From positions 1-25,236 of the forward strand of contig NIVC01005135.1 in assembly GCA_002269645.1 (NCBI GenBank): 25,236 bases of DNA. Reading direction: 5' to 3'. The notes below the pieces were generated by a model, which was given only the letters and a program-made list of their open reading frames with translations, did no database searches and was not told where the DNA came from. The position numbers were made by a program, and so were the translations under genes. Origin of the DNA: Macrostomum lignano. Lineage: Eukaryota. The stretch's first letter is position 1; each line of letters begins with the position of its first letter. Of the stretch, positions 22,414-25,236 are shown piece by piece.

Positions 22414-22620
22414 ATGTCAGTGACCAATGAGTTTCAACCGGACACGGGCGGAAACGCCAACAATTCAGGCAACGGCACCGACCTGCTTGCCACCCGAACC
22501 ATGCTAGACGCTGGCAAAGCCAGCTTCCCTGGCGCCAAGAGTCAGCTGCGCATGATGAAGCCCACCAAAGCGCAGCAGAGGACACAGGCGGCCCCGTCCA
22601 GCAACTACCTGGAGCCTCTG
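22414..22620 (+). CDS. DNAH6: Axonemal dynein heavy chain (DNAH6-like), coding exon 1
   Basis: ATG at 22414 to ...TKAQQRTQAAPSSNYLEPL, donor CTG|GTGAGT in phase 0. It resembles DNAH6 TKAQEKTRKRQQPIKLEPL. The exact start codon is less certain than the donor. Confidence 0.78.
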
Positions 22621-22708
22621 GTGAGTAAAGTGTTGCACCGGTGCCTTACCTACGTAAATTAGCATCCTCAATTTATACTGACAACTGTCTCAACGCTAAA
22701 TTTTTCAG

Positions 22709-23063
22709 GCCACGCTGAAGCACCGGCAGCACATCAGCCACCCGGATTATATCCGGCAGAAGGCCAAGGACAAGCTTCAAGAGGAGGGCCAATGGCGCGA
22801 CGGTCCAGATCCGAAAAAGTTGCGTCGCTCCGGCGTCCTGGAGCCGCTGACCGACGAAACGCGCGCCGGCTTGCCGGAGCTGCCCGAGCCGCTCAAGGAG
22901 CGCCAGGAGAGCCTGAGCCGGCCGCAGAGCGCCGCTGCCGCTGCCGCCGCTGCGGAGGTCGGCGGTTCGATCTCTCCGGATGGAGGAGACGAACGAAAGG
23001 CGTCGGCTCAGGGCCGAGTTCACGCCGCATCGGCCAGCGTCAGCCGAACGAAGGTCGAAGTTG
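22709..23063 (+). CDS. DNAH6: DNAH6-like, coding exon 2
   Basis: Acceptor tttttcAG|GCC. It encodes ATLKHRQHISHPDYIRQ... (cf. PVLKVYQDHKQPEYIHEQ). Donor TTG|GTGAGC in phase 1; open throughout. Confidence 0.82.
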
Positions 23064-23467
23064 GTGAGCGAACCGGGTTGCTTGTAACTGTTCTACGTCG
23101 CTTTGCTCAAACTGGTAATTGCCTTCAACCATGCGAGATATTCTGTGCAATAGTAAAATATCGCATTTGAATTGCTTTCAGAACCATAAAGTGTATCAGC
23201 TTAATTGCTTGAAGCCAAAGGTAACATCAATAAAGTCGTGAAGGATAGAACCAAAGTCACAAGCTTGGAAAACATTCAATTTTCACATTTTTTATTCTTC
23301 AAAGTTCGAATTGATCACAAGCAATCATACTTTGATGGTTTTTGTTGTATTGTTTTATTATTTCAAAGTTTGAATGCGTCAAATATCACAGCTTTCATAT
23401 TTTTGTTGAATGAATGAGCTGATAGATTAGATCTTTAAACAACTTTATATCATTCGACATAATCCAG

Positions 23468-23603
23468 ATGCTGCCCAATTCTACGGCGAAACCGACATAA
23501 TGAAGGTGATCAACGTTCTGAGAGCCAATCCGAAGATCAAATTCTTTTATTTGAATCCGGCCGTGCCAATCACTAACGTCGGTTTCAATTCGTACAAGTT
23601 GAA
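23468..23603 (+). CDS. DNAH6: DNAH6-like, coding exon 3
   Basis: Acceptor aatccAG|AT (phase 1) and donor AA|GTAAGT (phase 2). It encodes DAAQFYGETDIMKVINVLRANPKIKFFYLNPAVPITNVGFNSYKLK, matching the FLYMxPAV...YNLK block. Confidence 0.9.
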
Positions 23604-23824
23604 GTAAGTAGCAATTTAGACAACGTGTAGCTTGGGGAAATGGAGACCGAGTAACTTAGCGTTAGAACGTCCGATTTTTGGTGGGTCGTACACAGAAATT
23701 AACGATTCTTACTCCTAGTGTGTGGGTGCTAAGGGGCAGACAGAACGAGAAAAAACTGTTTGCATCCTCGCTAGCTGCGTATCGACTGTCGCTAATAGCA
23801 ACAACCGCTTGGTTCCCTGCGCAG

Positions 23825-25022
23825 AGTTGTCGACTACAACAAAATGGACCAGAGCGACTATGCCACTCTCAGCATCGAAGGCGGCTTCGTGCGCATGCGA
23901 GAGGGCGACACCGACATTGAGTACCTGCCGCTGGATCGGTTCATCTACGAGTATAGCATCGTCGGCGAGATCGTGAAGCGCCGAACATTCTTCGACTTTA
24001 AGAAGTGGAAAGCCTTCATGACGTGGAAGAAGACAGTTAATTGGTTAAAAATCGATCGAGCCAAGAAAGGCCTGGAGGAGAATCTGTTCATTATCAATCG
24101 GTCACTGCGACCGGCAATTCTCAACGTTCGCGAGATGTGCTACCGAATCAGCGACATGGGCCTGTGCAAGATAGACAAGGGTCGCACATACAGACTGCCG
24201 GATTTCAAAACTGCCCAACAGGAGCAGCTAGATGAAGTGTCGAAACGACTGAAAGAATTCCGAGACTTGGTCAAGGAGGTTGTTCGAACTGCTTGTCGAA
24301 CCGCTCTGCTGGAGGCAGGATTCACACCCGATGACTACTTTGTTGACGAAGCCCTGATGGAGCCGCCAGGAACTGCCAGCAGTTACATGATGCAGAGCTA
24401 CGACATGGACATCTACGCGGAGGAAAGTCCTGATAAGATGACCTACACGGAGCAGGCTAATAAGCGCAACCATTGCCAGCGCCTGTCCTGCTTCATCCGT
24501 CTGGCCGACTACCTGATTGTGAACACGATGCACGTGCTAGCCGTCAATTCCGTGACCACAATGCTTAACTACCTGCAGGAGCAGTTGGCCAACACGCCGT
24601 CGCTCGAGGAGATTCAATCCTACAATCGGCAGGAGGACGAAGACGATGACGATGAGGCCGAGGAGAAAGCGGCTGCGAAGGCTGCTGCGGCTGCAGCTTC
24701 GGCTCCGACTGACCCGGCGCAGCAACCCGGGCCGCCAGAAGAGCGCCCAAAATCTGGCACAGCTGCTGCCCCAGCTGAGGAGCCGGTGGCAAAAGTCCCG
24801 CCGCTATTCATTACAGAATTCGTGCTTGACCTTTCTCAAATCGACTTTGCGCCGTCGAACAAAGACTTCGTTGACGAGATCAGCGTCATAGTTGACGCAT
24901 TCAAAGATGTAGTGCTCAATGTGCAGAATCTTGTTCCAGACGCTTACTTCGACGCGTTCACTCGACCAATTATCAACAACAAGTTCGAGGAAAAAACGTG
25001 CGGAGATGGTCCCAGCCTGCAC
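23825..25022 (+). CDS. DNAH6: DNAH6-like, coding exon 4 (1198 nt; absent from the ORF track)
   Basis: Acceptor ccctgcgcAG|A and donor CAC|GTAAGT. I read every codon and found no stop. It contains FKKWKAFMTWKK, ENLFIINRSLRPAIL, EAGFTPDD, KMTYTEQANKRNHCQRLSCFIRLADYLIVNTMHVL and NLVPDAYFDAFTRPIINNKFEEKTCGDGPSL, all characteristic of the DNAH6 N-terminal region. Confidence 0.94.
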
Positions 25023-25099
25023 GTAAGTTTTCCCAGTCCTCAGGTTCAAAATTGCCTTACAATTAACTTGAATATCAACCTTAAATTAAAAAACTTTAG

Positions 25100-25236
25100 G
25101 CCATGTTCGAAGACGACAGACACCTGTCCGCCATTACTCAGCAAATCCGGGACAGCCTGGATGCCGCATTCAACGCCGCCAATCAGTACTCGAACACGTT
25201 CGAGCCGTTCAGAAAGTTCTACCAAGAGAACGAGGC
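25100..25236 (+). CDS. DNAH6: DNAH6-like, coding exon 5 (runs off the window)
   Basis: Follows a 77-nt intron with acceptor ctttAG|GCC. It encodes AMFEDDRHLSAITQQIRDSLDAAFNAANQYSNTFEPFRKFYQENE (cf. AVFEDDKNF...AAFESARIYAATFEKFQIFFKENE). Confidence 0.92.

Noticed and set aside
22673-25049. Antisense and off-frame ORFs over the dynein exons, and 14102..14302 and 15361..15708 over NAPG
   Set aside because: They are shadow ORFs of GC-rich coding exons. The spliced frame accounts for the conserved protein.

Overview
Eukaryotic (invertebrate metazoan) genomic DNA, not prokaryotic. It has GC- and CpG-rich exons, AT-rich GT-AG introns and very dense tandem repeats. The style resembles flatworm (Macrostomum-like) assemblies, but that is only an impression. 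Two conserved genes sit head-to-head. (1) A complete 3-exon gamma-SNAP gene (NAPG) on the minus strand: CDS = complement(join(13828..14386,15434..15754,21154..21206)), 933 nt, 310 aa. (2) The first five exons of an axonemal dynein heavy chain most like DNAH6 on the plus strand: join(22414..22620,22709..23063,23468..23603,23825..25022,25100..>25236), about 677 aa in the window. The ORF track misses the 1.2 kb exon 4, probably because that frame has no stop before the window ends. Positions 1-15.4 kb hold six unrelated tandem arrays (GA-rich, 40, 16, 34, 24 and 37 bp units; about 8 kb) and a TA-flanked MITE. The best hidden structure is a 3.4 kb element (17716..21121) in NAPG intron 1 with degenerate inverted ends, an exact 9-bp target-site duplication (Mutator/foldback-like) and a nested decayed Tc1/mariner transposase. 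Other signals are a sharply CpG-depleted intronic domain and recurrent TAGGCCTA palindromes. I found no CRISPR array, RNA gene or demonstrably new multi-gene system. Most long ORFs in the track are artefacts of repeats. All counts and alignments were done by eye, and protein comparisons come from my recollection of the families, not from a database search.
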